Source of the DNA: an uncultured bacterium
Lineage (GTDB): Bacteria > Bacillota_I > Bacilli_A > RFN20 > CAG-826
Length of the DNA: 64,000 bases
Direction: 5' to 3'
Assembly (NCBI GenBank): GCA_949285455.1
Contig: CASDXP010000002.1
Location: forward strand, 10,188-74,187
Shown here: positions 23,772 to 34,349 of the stretch, one piece after another
Layout: each line of letters begins with the position of its first letter
How positions within the stretch are numbered: the stretch's first letter is position 1
Translations under genes and position numbers: made by a program
The notes under the pieces: generated by a model
The model's input: only the letters and a program-made list of their open reading frames with translations
Database searches by the model: none
Told to the model about the DNA's origin: nothing

Positions 23772-26267
23772 ATGTTCAATCTTAAAAAGTATCAAAAGTT
23801 ATCCACCCAAGAAATTATCGCTAGCGTCGATCGTTTCGATGCCAAATTGGATGAAGGCTTAAACGACGAACAAGTTTTATTAAGACAAAAACAAAAATTA
23901 GCGAATAAAACAAAAAAGCAAGCGACGAAATCTTATTTTCGTATTATTAGAGATAATGTTTTAACATTATTTAATATCTTACTTTTCGTCATCGCTGGTT
24001 TATTAATTTATGCAGGAGCTTATTCTTCTTTATTTTTCCTCGTCATCTTATTTTTAAACATGGCTATTGGTTTATATCAAGATATTAAAGCACGAAGACT
24101 AGTGGAAAAATTAAAAATCGTCATTTCCCCTGATATCGAAGTAATAAGAAATGGACAAAAAATAAAAATTAATGTCGATGACATCGTCTTAGATGATATC
24201 ATCATCCTTTCTAGCGGTCTTCAAATTCCTTGCGATAGCGAAGTTCTTGAAGGCTTAGTGAACGTCGATGAATCATTATTAACTGGTGAATCGAAAGCTA
24301 TTAGAAAAGATAAAGGCGATGTTTTATTCGCCGGTTCTTACATTAGAAGTGGTAGTTGTTACGCTAAAGTTAACAAAGTTAAAGATGCAAATTATGCGAC
24401 TGATTTAGAAAAGAAATCACAAGAATTTAGAAGACCAAAATCTGAAATTTTAAAATCGCTACAATTTTTATTTAGAGTAATCGCTATCATCATCTTATTC
24501 TTAGCCATCTTAATGATTACAGCAAATTATTTTAGAGGTGACTACGTCGATGTAGAAGCTTTTAAAGCAAGCATTGCTCAAACCGCAGGATCGCTCGTAG
24601 CGATGATACCTTCCGGGATGTATTTATTAACTTCTCTTACTCTTGCAGTAGGCGTCATACGTCTAGCGAAAAAGCGCACGCTCGTACAAGAACTTTACGG
24701 CATTGAAATGCTCGCTAGAATCGATACTTTATGCATCGATAAAACAGGCACTTTAACAGATGGGAAAATGAGTGTTAGAACCTTAATTCCTTTAGGCGAG
24801 CATAAAAAAGAAGATATTTTAGAAAATATCGCTCGTTACGTCCATTTAGATGATCACCCTAATTTCACTGGCCTTGCTTTAAAATCTTATTTTTCGTTAG
24901 AAAAGAAAGTTTCGCCTATTAAATATTCACCATTTTCTAGCGAATTTAAATTTTCTTTTGCTTCATTTAAAAAAGATGAAACTTTCATCTTAGGCGCGCC
25001 TGAAATGGTCGTAAATTTAAACGAGGATGAACTTAAATCAATCGTAGACAATCAAACTCTTAATGGTTATAGAGTTTTATTATTTGCTAAGTTAGATAAA
25101 GATTTAAAAGAAGCCAAAGATTTAAACAAAGATGAAGTTATTCCTCTCGGTTTAATCGTCTTAGAAGATCATATTAAAGATGATGCAAAAGAGACATTAA
25201 AATGGTATGAAGATAATGGTGTTGAAGTAAGGATTATCAGCGGCGATAATGTGAATACCGCAAGCGAGATTGCAAAGCGTGTCGGCTTAAAAAACGCCGA
25301 AAAAGCCGTCTCTTTAGAAAATTTAAGCTTAGAAGAAGTAAGTAAAATCGCAAGTGAATATGTCGTTTTTGCACGCGTGAGCCCAGAACAAAAAGAAACC
25401 ATCATCAAAGCATTAAGAAATCAAGGTCATAAAGTAGCGATGGTGGGGGATGGGGTCAACGATATCCTCGCTCTTAAATCGAGCGATTGTTCAATCGCGA
25501 TGGCGAATGGAGCGGATGCCGCTAAGAAGGCTTCACATTTCGTCATGTTAGATTCTAATTTTGCTTCCTTACCAGCGGTCGTAGGACAGGGTAGACAAGT
25601 CATCAACAATTTACAATCGACGAATTCTTTATTCTTAGTGAAAACATTCTTTGCTATGTTCATCACTTTCATCTTCACTATCGCAAGTTTAGCGACCATT
25701 CCTTTTGAAGGGGTTGATATTTCCTTCCCATTTATGACGAACAATTTCTACGTCTGGGAATTTTTAACTATCGGCGTAGCTTCTTTCTTCTTAGCGTTAC
25801 AAACGAACACTAAGCCAATTCATGGTGCCTTCACTGAACGTACTTTAAGAAATGCTTTCCCAGGGGCTATCGCAATTGCAAGTGGAGTAACTGTCATCTA
25901 TTTATTTACTTTGCTCGATAATTTTAATGTCATCAATACAGGTTTATCTGTCGATACCTCGGTCGCCCTTACGATGTCGACCGCTTACATGACAATTATA
26001 AGCGCAGTTTATCTATTTAGAAGATGTTTACCTTTTAACTTATATCGACTCATTTTATACGCTTCCATCTGCGTGGTAGGAGCGGCCGCGTTCATCGGCA
26101 TAAACGTCTTAGGTTGGCCTTTACTTAATACATCTTTTGGTTCCTTTACAACGTGGTCTTGGTTAATCTTAGTGTTCCTTACCCTCTCGGGTGCAGTTTT
26201 TTATTTCTTTATCGATTTTTTATTCAATAAAGTGCGTATCATTAAAAGGAGGAATAAAGAAGAATGA
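23772..26267 (+). CDS. P-type cation-transporting ATPase
   Basis: TGES actuator motif, DKTGTLT phosphorylation site, GDGVNDILALK hinge motif; about 10 TM segments. Confidence 0.9.
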   Translation: MFNLKKYQKLSTQEIIASVDRFDAKLDEGLNDEQVLLRQKQKLANKTKKQATKSYFRIIRDNVLTLFNILLFVIAGLLIYAGAYSSLFFLVILFLNMAIGLYQDIKARRLVEKLKIVISPDIEVIRNGQKIKINVDDIVLDDIIILSSGLQIPCDSEVLEGLVNVDESLLTGESKAIRKDKGDVLFAGSYIRSGSCYAKVNKVKDANYATDLEKKSQEFRRPKSEILKSLQFLFRVIAIIILFLAILMITANYFRGDYVDVEAFKASIAQTAGSLVAMIPSGMYLLTSLTLAVGVIRLAKKRTLVQELYGIEMLARIDTLCIDKTGTLTDGKMSVRTLIPLGEHKKEDILENIARYVHLDDHPNFTGLALKSYFSLEKKVSPIKYSPFSSEFKFSFASFKKDETFILGAPEMVVNLNEDELKSIVDNQTLNGYRVLLFAKLDKDLKEAKDLNKDEVIPLGLIVLEDHIKDDAKETLKWYEDNGVEVRIISGDNVNTASEIAKRVGLKNAEKAVSLENLSLEEVSKIASEYVVFARVSPEQKETIIKALRNQGHKVAMVGDGVNDILALKSSDCSIAMANGADAAKKASHFVMLDSNFASLPAVVGQGRQVINNLQSTNSLFLVKTFFAMFITFIFTIASLATIPFEGVDISFPFMTNNFYVWEFLTIGVASFFLALQTNTKPIHGAFTERTLRNAFPGAIAIASGVTVIYLFTLLDNFNVINTGLSVDTSVALTMSTAYMTIISAVYLFRRCLPFNLYRLILYASICVVGAAAFIGINVLGWPLLNTSFGSFTTWSWLILVFLTLSGAVFYFFIDFLFNKVRIIKRRNKEE

Positions 26268-27163
26268 AAATAGCTAAAAGAGTTTTAGAAGCTTTAAATA
26301 ATAATGAGCCTGTCGTCGCCTTAGAATCGACGATTATAAGTCATGGCATGCCTTATCCTCAAAACGTCAAAGTTGCCTTAGAAGTAGAAAAGATCATCGA
26401 AGATGAAGGAGCGGTGCCTGCGACTATTGGTATCATCGATGGTGAACCAATTATCGGTATGAGCCACGAAGAAATTGAAGAATTTGGTAAAAGAGAAGGT
26501 ATCTTAAAAGTATCGAGAAGAGATTTAGGCTACGTCATCGCTTCTAAATCTTGGGGTGCGACCACAGTCGCAGCGACGATGATTCTTGCTTCTAAAGCCG
26601 GCATTAAAATATTTGTCACCGGCGGGATTGGAGGTGTGCACCGCGGAGCGACTTCTACTTTTGATATATCCGCGGATTTAGACGAACTAAGTAAGACCGA
26701 TATGTGCGTCGTATGCGCTGGGCCAAAAGCCATCTTAGATTTAGATTTGACGATGGAATATTTAGAGACGAAAGGTGTCTTAGTGTTAGGTTATAATTGT
26801 TCTTCCTTACCGTGTTTTTATTCACGTAGTTCTAATATTCCTTTGGAATATCATGCGGAAGATCCTAAATTTATTGCACGAATTATTAAAGCCCAAAAAG
26901 ATTTATCTTTAAGTAATGGAATACTTGTCACTAATCCGATTCCAGAACAATATTCTTTAGATAAAGATAAGATGAATATAGTTATCGAAGCCGCGATTGA
27001 TAAGATGAATAAATTAGGCATTAAAGGAAAAGAAGAAACGCCTTTCTTGTTAAAAGAAATTGTTGCTATAACAAAAGGTGAATCATTAAACGCTAATATC
27101 GCCTTAGTGAAAAATAATGCACATCTAGGCGCAAAGATTGCTTTAGAATTAACTAAATTATGA
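26264..27163 (+). CDS. psuG: Pseudouridine-5'-phosphate glycosidase
   Basis: VALESTIISHGMPYPQN and VTGGIGGVHRGA match the PsuG (YeiN) family. Confidence 0.85.
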   Translation: MKIAKRVLEALNNNEPVVALESTIISHGMPYPQNVKVALEVEKIIEDEGAVPATIGIIDGEPIIGMSHEEIEEFGKREGILKVSRRDLGYVIASKSWGATTVAATMILASKAGIKIFVTGGIGGVHRGATSTFDISADLDELSKTDMCVVCAGPKAILDLDLTMEYLETKGVLVLGYNCSSLPCFYSRSSNIPLEYHAEDPKFIARIIKAQKDLSLSNGILVTNPIPEQYSLDKDKMNIVIEAAIDKMNKLGIKGKEETPFLLKEIVAITKGESLNANIALVKNNAHLGAKIALELTKL

Positions 27164-27696
27164 AGACGGAACAATTATTTAAAATTACTTTTAAAAAAGC
27201 TTTAGAGAATAAAGATATCGAAGATATATCTCCTTCTTTTTTAGCGATGCAAATCGATAAATCTAAACAATCTTTTTATTATCACTTCCGCGATCTAAAA
27301 GACTTAGTGGCTTGGATTTTAATCGATGACTTAAAAGCTAAGTTAGATAAGTCTTTAACGATCGAAGATTTCTTAAATGTTTTAGAAACGTATCGTTTAA
27401 GTAACGAAAGATTTCTTAAAGCTATTATAGAAAGCGAACTAGCCACTAATTTAGAAGAATTTATTACCTCTTCTAGTGCTTATTTTTTCAATCGTTACAT
27501 CACTAATAAATATCCTGATTTAAGATTGGAGAAAAAGTTATTAGTGGCAAAATATTTATCAGGAGCGTTATCGAGTACTTATTTACTTTACCTACGTGAC
27601 CACCGTCTAAGAAATTCTTTCGAAGATATTAAAAAACTTTTTACGCACGAAGAAATTGCAAGACTTACTAAAAAAATTAAATTTTTAAATGCTTAA
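27160..27696 (+). CDS. TetR-family transcriptional regulator
   Basis: N-terminal HTH with QSFYYHFRDLKDL, typical of TetR helix 3; about 180 aa. Confidence 0.6.
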   Translation: MKTEQLFKITFKKALENKDIEDISPSFLAMQIDKSKQSFYYHFRDLKDLVAWILIDDLKAKLDKSLTIEDFLNVLETYRLSNERFLKAIIESELATNLEEFITSSSAYFFNRYITNKYPDLRLEKKLLVAKYLSGALSSTYLLYLRDHRLRNSFEDIKKLFTHEEIARLTKKIKFLNA

Positions 27697-27857
27697 ATTT
27701 CCAGCATTTTCCGCCTATTTTTAAGTTATCAGAATAAAACAACTCAAATCTATAGGCACTATAAAGATAATTAGTTTATAATAAATTGTCTTCTTAAGTA
27801 AAAAGAACTCTACACGTATAGATGAGAGTCAACACTCATCTTAAGGAGAATGAACAT

Positions 27858-28973
27858 ATGAAAACATCTGACATCGCTTCAATTATTGTCTACGTCATCT
27901 TTATCGCTCTAGCGGCCGTAATTGGTTTTGCGGTTTTAGCCCCAACTTTTAAAGAGTTTCAAATCGGGCAAGGCCTAGCCTGGGGCTTTACTATAGGAGC
28001 GATTGCTTCCGGTATCGTCTTAAACTCGATACTATTTGAATTAGGTCATATCATCGGGGCAAAAATTGGTCGTTATAACATCACCAGCGTGAACATTCTT
28101 TACTTCAACATTTATCGTAATAAAGATAATAAATGGAAATTTAGATTTAAAGGGATGGATGGTTTCTTAGGCCAAACAGAAATCACCCCAAAGAACAAGA
28201 AATCTAATCCTAAGCCTTATCTTTTTGGCGGAACGCTTTTATTCATCTTAGAAGCTGTCGCCGCTCTTTTGATTTTTTATTTTCTTACCCCGATGACTGT
28301 ATGGAATTTCTTCCCCATCGTCATCTTAGCGGTAGGTGGGATGTTTGCGATTTATCAAATTGTCCCTGTCCAACTTGATCATACGAACGATGGTTATAGA
28401 CTTTACCTTTTAGGTAATAAAGCTATTAATTTAGAAGCTTTTAATGAAATGTTACGTTTAAAAAACGAAGAAAGAATTGGTAACAAAGACGTCAAAGTAA
28501 GAGTTTTTGAAGAAATTACTCCCTATACTTCTGAAGTTAACTTCCTAACGATTTATCAATACTTAGCGAAAGGTGAATATGAACCCGCGATTGCAATTAT
28601 CGATAATATTTTAAAGAATAAAGAAAATGTTCCAATTAAAACGTATCGACGCGCGCACGCTCAAAAATTATTCATGTTATTACTTATTAAACCAATCGAA
28701 GAAGTAAAAACTTATTATCAAGATAACGTCGATTTAGAGACGAGAAGATTCTTCGCTGAAGATAATTCGATGGAATCGCTAAGAGCCTACATGTTAATTG
28801 CTGGCTTGTTAGATGAATCTTTAGGAGAAGTAGTGTATTGTATCAACCGTAAAGATAAAGCGATGAAACGCTGCTTAGAAACACGAAAAGATACGGAAAC
28901 ACTATTATTCAATCTAGCGAAAGAAAAGATTAATGAAGCGCATCCTGATTGGAAATTAGGCGAAGCAAAATAA
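27858..28973 (+). CDS. Polytopic membrane protein of unknown function. Start placed at 27858 behind the AAGGAG RBS.
   Basis: At least five hydrophobic helices in the N-terminal half, with a soluble C-terminal half. Confidence 0.55.
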   Translation: MKTSDIASIIVYVIFIALAAVIGFAVLAPTFKEFQIGQGLAWGFTIGAIASGIVLNSILFELGHIIGAKIGRYNITSVNILYFNIYRNKDNKWKFRFKGMDGFLGQTEITPKNKKSNPKPYLFGGTLLFILEAVAALLIFYFLTPMTVWNFFPIVILAVGGMFAIYQIVPVQLDHTNDGYRLYLLGNKAINLEAFNEMLRLKNEERIGNKDVKVRVFEEITPYTSEVNFLTIYQYLAKGEYEPAIAIIDNILKNKENVPIKTYRRAHAQKLFMLLLIKPIEEVKTYYQDNVDLETRRFFAEDNSMESLRAYMLIAGLLDESLGEVVYCINRKDKAMKRCLETRKDTETLLFNLAKEKINEAHPDWKLGEAK

Positions 28974-28998
28974 ATATTAAGAAAATAAAATTATTAAT

Positions 28999-29027
28999 GT
29001 ATAAGCGGTTCTAAAGACCGCTTTTTA
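28999..29027 (+). terminator. Rho-independent terminator
   Basis: AAGCGGT-tctaaag-ACCGCTT followed by TTTT. Confidence 0.65.
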
Positions 29028-29278
29028 ATTAATAAAAAGACTACGCTCAGATATTTTTACAGGAGGTGCGTAGTCTTAATAAGGCATTAGTTAATAACTA
29101 ATATCCTCACTAATAATGATAACAAACATGAGAAAAGTAATATATTTTTGTTTTTTATTGAAAGTAAGGAAAAGCATGCTAAAACTATATTAACAACGTA
29201 GTTACTAACAACGTAGTTACTATCATGATTCATCTAACAGTAAACATTGATAATGTTTATTTCAAAAAAAGTATGCAA

Positions 29279-29313
29279 CAAAAAAAGATTAACAAATTCA
29301 ATTTTCGTTAATC
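29279..29313 (-). terminator. Rho-independent terminator of mscL (minus strand)
   Basis: GATTAAC-loop-GTTAATC hairpin, then a T-run on the minus strand (an A-run at 29279-29286 on the plus strand). Confidence 0.6.
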
Positions 29314-29333
29314 TTTTATTAATTAATCCTTAA

Positions 29334-29906
29334 TTATTTTTTCGCCTTTTCTTCTTGTTGAGCTTTTAATAAGTCACGAATTTCTGTAAGTAAGACGATG
29401 TTTGGGTCTGGTGCGGGCGCTGGTGCAGGTGCTGGTTCTTCTTTTTCTTCTGGATGTTTCTTAAGGTATTCTTCTCTCATCTTTTCTTCAAATCTCTTAC
29501 GTGCTTTCGTTACGCTATTAACAATTTTTACAATTGTAAATAAGACGATAGCGATGAGTAAGAAGTTGATGATTGCGTTAATGAAGGTACCCCAGTTGAT
29601 GACGTTAACTGTATCAGCGTTGTACAAGACATCCCAATATTCGACCGTGTTCGCGGTATCGGCTGTCGCTAACGCTTCGGTAGGATTTAAGACAGTAACT
29701 AAACCATCTAAACCACCTGGAACAGCGATTGAGATGATTGGCATTAAGATTTGTTGTACGAGCGCATTCACAATTGCAGTGAAAGCGGTACCGATGACGA
29801 CACCAACAGCGAGGTCTAAAATGTTGCCACGGCTAATGAATGCTTTAAACTCTTTCCAAAGAGTAAACTCGCGTTTCTTCTTAGTTTTCTTTTCTTTGTC
29901 TTTCAT
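29334..29906 (-). CDS. mscL: Large-conductance mechanosensitive channel with a Pro-Ala repeat C-terminal tail
   Basis: GNILDLAVGVVIGTAFTAIV is the MscL TM1 signature. The tail reads EEKEEPAPAPAPAPDPN. Confidence 0.88.
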   Translation of the reverse strand: MKDKEKKTKKKREFTLWKEFKAFISRGNILDLAVGVVIGTAFTAIVNALVQQILMPIISIAVPGGLDGLVTVLNPTEALATADTANTVEYWDVLYNADTVNVINWGTFINAIINFLLIAIVLFTIVKIVNSVTKARKRFEEKMREEYLKKHPEEKEEPAPAPAPAPDPNIVLLTEIRDLLKAQQEEKAKK

Positions 29907-29910
29907 TTTC

Positions 29911-31233
29911 CTATTCTCCTGACACTTGGAGGGACTTAATTCTTAAAGAAGAAGTGGAAGTTCCTCCTAAATTTAATGTAGCGTTAGAGGCTATAGCCTT
30001 CACTTCCTTAAATAATTGCAATACATTTCCAGAAATTGCGATACCACTTAACGAAGTGGTTTTCTTTCCGTTTTCAATTAAGAAGCCTTCCGCCTCTAAT
30101 GAGAAGTCACCACTTGTCGTATCTAATCCTGAGTGTAGACCTTTAACTTCAGTAATATAAACACCTTCTTTAATATCTTTCATAAGTTCTTCTTCATTTT
30201 TCTTTCCAGGTTTTAACATTAAGAAAGATGTATCGATACCCACGACTGCGTGACCATAACCATTTCCAGTCGCGTTAACGTTATCTTTTTTAGCGGTTTC
30301 TAAATTGTATAAATACGTTTTTAAAACACCTTTATCAAATAACACTTTCTTTTGTGTAGCGACACCTTCATCATCAAATGGAACGAAGAAGATATTTTTA
30401 GCGTGTGGGTCTTCCACGATAGTGATCTTTTTAGAAATAACTTGTTCATTTAATTTGCCTTCTAATTTCGAAGTATGTTTTTGAACTTTTTCAGCATTTA
30501 ACCAACCCACTAAAACTTTAAGGAAAGTGGAAGTAACTTTAGGATTTAAGATCGTCGGATATTTTTTCGATTTGATACTTTGTGCATCAAGTTTAGCGAT
30601 GACACCATCTTTAATTTTGTTTACGAATGCATCGACATCGAAATCTTTTAAATTGCTACCAAAAGCAAAATCGTAATAACTACGTGATTTTTCATCTTCC
30701 CCTTTAGCGATGACATCAGCGTGGATGACAAAATAATTTCCGCCTTTAGAAAGATTTAAACCTTTAGAATTAATCAAAGTAGAAGTAGAAGATGATTCAA
30801 TGTAAGCGACACCGGCGACGTTAATGATACGTGGATCAGCCTTTTCTAATTTATTTTCGATTTCTCTTATAAGATTAATCTTATAATCTAATGGTGTTTC
30901 ATCTAATTCTTTATTAAATAAATTACGTCTTTTATATTTTGGTGAACCCGCAAAGATGATCGGTTTTTCTTCTTTTTCTGATTTAGCTGCACTCAATTTA
31001 GCTTCTTCAAAAGATAGACGAAGATTTTTTTCATCTAACTTATTGGTCGATACACTTGCGAAGTGATCAAGATAGACACCTTTAATAATACAATTATCGA
31101 CGTTTTCATTTTCGTAACTATCAATTTCATGATGATATAAAGAAACAGAAACACTTTTAGATTTAAGGAACGCTAAAGAGACTTCATCTAAACCAACTTC
31201 TTTAGCTAAATTTAATATTTTGTTCTTGTTCAT
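29911..31233 (-). CDS. pmbA: PmbA/TldE-family metalloprotease partner
   Basis: TldD/PmbA fold with no HExxxH motif; adjacent to and overlapping tldD. Confidence 0.75.
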   Translation of the reverse strand: MNKNKILNLAKEVGLDEVSLAFLKSKSVSVSLYHHEIDSYENENVDNCIIKGVYLDHFASVSTNKLDEKNLRLSFEEAKLSAAKSEKEEKPIIFAGSPKYKRRNLFNKELDETPLDYKINLIREIENKLEKADPRIINVAGVAYIESSSTSTLINSKGLNLSKGGNYFVIHADVIAKGEDEKSRSYYDFAFGSNLKDFDVDAFVNKIKDGVIAKLDAQSIKSKKYPTILNPKVTSTFLKVLVGWLNAEKVQKHTSKLEGKLNEQVISKKITIVEDPHAKNIFFVPFDDEGVATQKKVLFDKGVLKTYLYNLETAKKDNVNATGNGYGHAVVGIDTSFLMLKPGKKNEEELMKDIKEGVYITEVKGLHSGLDTTSGDFSLEAEGFLIENGKKTTSLSGIAISGNVLQLFKEVKAIASNATLNLGGTSTSSLRIKSLQVSGE

Positions 31234-32627
31234 TGAAGTTTACCTCCTCTTCCTCCAACCGTAATTTCTTTTACTCTTAAGGTTGGCTGACCAACGCATA
31301 CGGGCACGCTTCCACTAGAAGCGCCACACATTCCAGCCCCTAAGTCTAAATCGTTACCGACCATATCAATATTTAACATAATTTCTTGGCAAGTTCCGAT
31401 TAAAGAGGCGCCTTTAACAGGTTCACAAATCTTCCCATCACGGATGATATAAGCTTCGCTACAACCGAAATTAAATTCACCTGTTTGAGGATTAACTTGC
31501 CCACCTAAGAAGCCGACAGTGTATAAACCTAACTTCGTCGCTTTGATAATTTCTTCTGGGCTACTTTCCCCATTTGCGATGTAAGTATTAGTCATTCTAG
31601 AAGTAGGGGCGTACCTATAATTTTCTCTTCTAGTTGAACCATTACCGACTTCGTTCATCCTTCTTCCATTATAATCATCGATCATGTATTCATTTAAAAT
31701 ACCATCTTTAATTAATAACTTCTTTTGAGAGACGTGACCATCATCATCAATATCGATGGAACCCCATTCATTTTCGATCGTTCCATCGTCGTATGCCGAG
31801 ACGACACTTGAAGCAATTTGTTGATTCTTTTTATCGGTGAAGACTGAAAGTCCTTTCGCGACCGCGCTTGCTTCTAAAGCGTGACCGCAAGCTTCGTGGA
31901 ATAAGACGCCACCCCAGCCATTACCGATGACGACGGGCATCTTACCAGATGGACATTCTTTTGCGGTTAAGTTTTGAATAGCAATCTTTGCGACTTTATC
32001 TCTCGCTAAAGATTCGACATCTAGATTTTTAAAGAAAGAGAAATCGCTTTGCGTGTTTTTAGAAGCATAGCCTTGTTCTAAACCCATACCATCTGATGCA
32101 ATCGCGGAGAATAATAAAACTCCTCTTTGTTCATCTCTTACTATCTTTTGTTCTTTACTATTAAAAATAGTAATAGTTTTAAAAGAAGAAGAAAAACTGC
32201 TGATCGTTCTTACGATACGTGGGTCGTAGTCCATGATGACTTTAACCCCTCTTTTAATCAAATCAATTTTTTCTTCGACGGCGACATCGATAATAGGGGA
32301 AGAAGTATTAAGCCTTTTCTTATAATGAACATTTTTAAATTCATTAACGCTCAATTTTCTTTCTTCGCTTAACGCCGCGGCTAATTCTTTGGCGAGTTTG
32401 ATTAAATCAGTTTTCTTCTCGCCATCCATCGAAGCATAATAGCATTCGTTATTTTTTAAGATACGAAGCCCGATGCCTAAGATGTTCGAATGATTGATAT
32501 TTTGAATCTTACCATTTTCCACACGGATATTTTGACTACGTGCATCTTCGTGATAAATTTCAGCGAAGTCCGCGCCGGTGGAGAGGGCAAGATTTAAAAC
32601 ATCTTTCGCTAATTTATTTGAGATCAT
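31230..32627 (-). CDS. tldD: TldD-family metalloprotease
   Basis: HEACGH zinc motif inside a TldD/PmbA fold; 465 aa. Confidence 0.85.
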   Translation of the reverse strand: MISNKLAKDVLNLALSTGADFAEIYHEDARSQNIRVENGKIQNINHSNILGIGLRILKNNECYYASMDGEKKTDLIKLAKELAAALSEERKLSVNEFKNVHYKKRLNTSSPIIDVAVEEKIDLIKRGVKVIMDYDPRIVRTISSFSSSFKTITIFNSKEQKIVRDEQRGVLLFSAIASDGMGLEQGYASKNTQSDFSFFKNLDVESLARDKVAKIAIQNLTAKECPSGKMPVVIGNGWGGVLFHEACGHALEASAVAKGLSVFTDKKNQQIASSVVSAYDDGTIENEWGSIDIDDDGHVSQKKLLIKDGILNEYMIDDYNGRRMNEVGNGSTRRENYRYAPTSRMTNTYIANGESSPEEIIKATKLGLYTVGFLGGQVNPQTGEFNFGCSEAYIIRDGKICEPVKGASLIGTCQEIMLNIDMVGNDLDLGAGMCGASSGSVPVCVGQPTLRVKEITVGGRGGKLQ

Positions 32628-32709
32628 AAATTATTTATCCCTCCTTAATTTCTAATTAAGAATTGTAGCACATTGTAAAAACGATGTCTTTAAATATAAT
32701 AAATGTAGT

Positions 32710-33312
32710 ATGAAATATGATTTAGATTTATTAAATTTAATTAACGAACACTACGATAAACAAAAAGTAAGTTTTTCTAAATTAGATGAAAAGACTTTAA
32801 CTGGTAAGGATTCATTTAAAGGTAAGACACAAGGGTTTTTAACATTAGATTACCATCGAAGAAATAAATTGATTAAAAGTCCTTTAACCTATGCTTATAC
32901 TTTTAGAGAAATACAAAATAAAGAAGATGAAGACTTAGTGTTAACTTACGTCTTATATTCCCCGGAGCGTTATTTTAAAGAAGATGCATCTAGATATAAA
33001 GATATTGCTTTTAAGTTAAATGAATTATTAACTTTAAAAAAAGTTAAAGATAAGAAATTAAGAAATTTATATTTATGTTTAACAAGAAACGATATCGAAG
33101 CGAAATATATTGAAATATCTGAACCTTATAACTTAAATCATTTAGTCTTCGTTTCCAGTGTTTATTTAAGAAAAGATGGCGTCCATAATTTTCATTTAGG
33201 CGTTAATGTTGTGTTCGCATCTTTAGACATATCAAAAGAAATACTTTATGTTCCCTTCAAATATTTACCAGAAGATTATAAGAAGGGGTACGAAGAAGAA
33301 TATAAAAAATAG
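32710..33312 (+). CDS. Hypothetical protein; first gene of the accessory island
   Basis: ORF of 200 aa with no recognisable motif and AT-rich codon usage. Confidence 0.4.
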   Translation: MKYDLDLLNLINEHYDKQKVSFSKLDEKTLTGKDSFKGKTQGFLTLDYHRRNKLIKSPLTYAYTFREIQNKEDEDLVLTYVLYSPERYFKEDASRYKDIAFKLNELLTLKKVKDKKLRNLYLCLTRNDIEAKYIEISEPYNLNHLVFVSSVYLRKDGVHNFHLGVNVVFASLDISKEILYVPFKYLPEDYKKGYEEEYKK

Positions 33313-33313
33313 A

Positions 33314-33631
33314 TTAAATATCTAAAATTTTATCGATGATAACTTTAATAGCTTTATTCGCCTCATTATAAGCTTCCACTAGCTTCACTTTTTTAGGTGA
33401 AAGTTCGCGGTAAGATTCACTTTCAATACCGAACAAGTAATATAAAGAAATATCTAGAATTTGTGTCACATCAACAAGAGTTTGCATCGGAGGGAAAGGT
33501 CTTCCATTCAAATATCTGGAAATTTGATATTGGGGAACATCTAATTTTTTTGCTAGTTCTTCTTGCGTGACTTTCTTTTCTTTCATCACGCGTTTAATTT
33601 TTCTAAGTATTTCTATCTCTAAATTATCCAT
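33314..33631 (-). CDS. XRE-family HTH transcriptional regulator, divergent from the Hip module. Start placed at MDNLEI.
   Basis: QEELAKKLDVPQYQISRYLNG helix-turn-helix. Confidence 0.65.
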   Translation of the reverse strand: MDNLEIEILRKIKRVMKEKKVTQEELAKKLDVPQYQISRYLNGRPFPPMQTLVDVTQILDISLYYLFGIESESYRELSPKKVKLVEAYNEANKAIKVIIDKILDI

Positions 33632-33763
33632 ATTTACATTATAACAAAAAATACAAATACTGCATAAAATAAATTTAAGATAATATTTTAATTGCATAAA
33701 ATAAAAATACCTCTTATAGTGGCGGTATAAGATAATTTTTACTGCAAAATAGGGGTGTAATGG

Positions 33764-34345
33764 ATGAAAGTTAAAACTTATTTAAAGAATTATGATTATG
33801 AAAAGATTATGCGCATACTCTATTTATTGTTCGCTTATAGCTTACCTAGACAAACATATATGCCTTCCATAGCAATAGAAGTTTTAACCTGTAATCTTGA
33901 TAATATCTCTAAAACCTATAAAGAAAAAATGATCGAAGATATTAATTCATATTTAGCGAAAGTATTAAAGAATGAAAAAAGATACGATAGTTATGCTTTG
34001 GAATGGTTGGAGTTCAAAGAAAAACTTATCGCTTCATTAAGTCAAGAATCTACGAAACATTATTTTCTTTTGTGCCAAGAATCTAAGTATGATGTGGTTT
34101 TTACATCGTGCGTTAGATGTTTTCTTTTTTATCATTACGAAGGTAAGGAAAAAATATTTAATATGTTCGATGAAATAAAAGATTCTTTAATGAATAAAAC
34201 CTTACAAATTATGGAAAGAGATATAAGAGAAGAAATATATCGACCATATCCTTTTTTATCTCCTAAAGAATGTGAGGAGCGGGAGAATTTTCACCAAAAA
34301 GTTTTAACTTTGTTAATAGAAAGAAATATAAAAAAATGGAATTAA
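33764..34345 (+). CDS. Hypothetical protein, first gene of the Hip-like operon
   Basis: ORF of 193 aa with no HTH detected; 4 bp from the HipS-like gene. Confidence 0.4.
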   Translation: MKVKTYLKNYDYEKIMRILYLLFAYSLPRQTYMPSIAIEVLTCNLDNISKTYKEKMIEDINSYLAKVLKNEKRYDSYALEWLEFKEKLIASLSQESTKHYFLLCQESKYDVVFTSCVRCFLFYHYEGKEKIFNMFDEIKDSLMNKTLQIMERDIREEIYRPYPFLSPKECEERENFHQKVLTLLIERNIKKWN

Positions 34346-34349
34346 AATT

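Noticed and set aside
27858-28973. Site-2 / M50 metalloprotease assignment based on FELGHIIG
   Set aside because: The motif lacks the first His of HExxH (it reads F-E-L-G-H), so a zinc protease assignment is not supported. The protein is left as a hypothetical membrane protein.
29398-29922. Plus-strand ORF of 174 aa rich in Gly-Ala repeats, antisense to mscL
   Set aside because: It lies entirely within the well-supported mscL gene. Its low-complexity GAGAGAG arises from the antisense strand of the Pro-Ala repeat. It has no RBS, so it is a spurious ORF.
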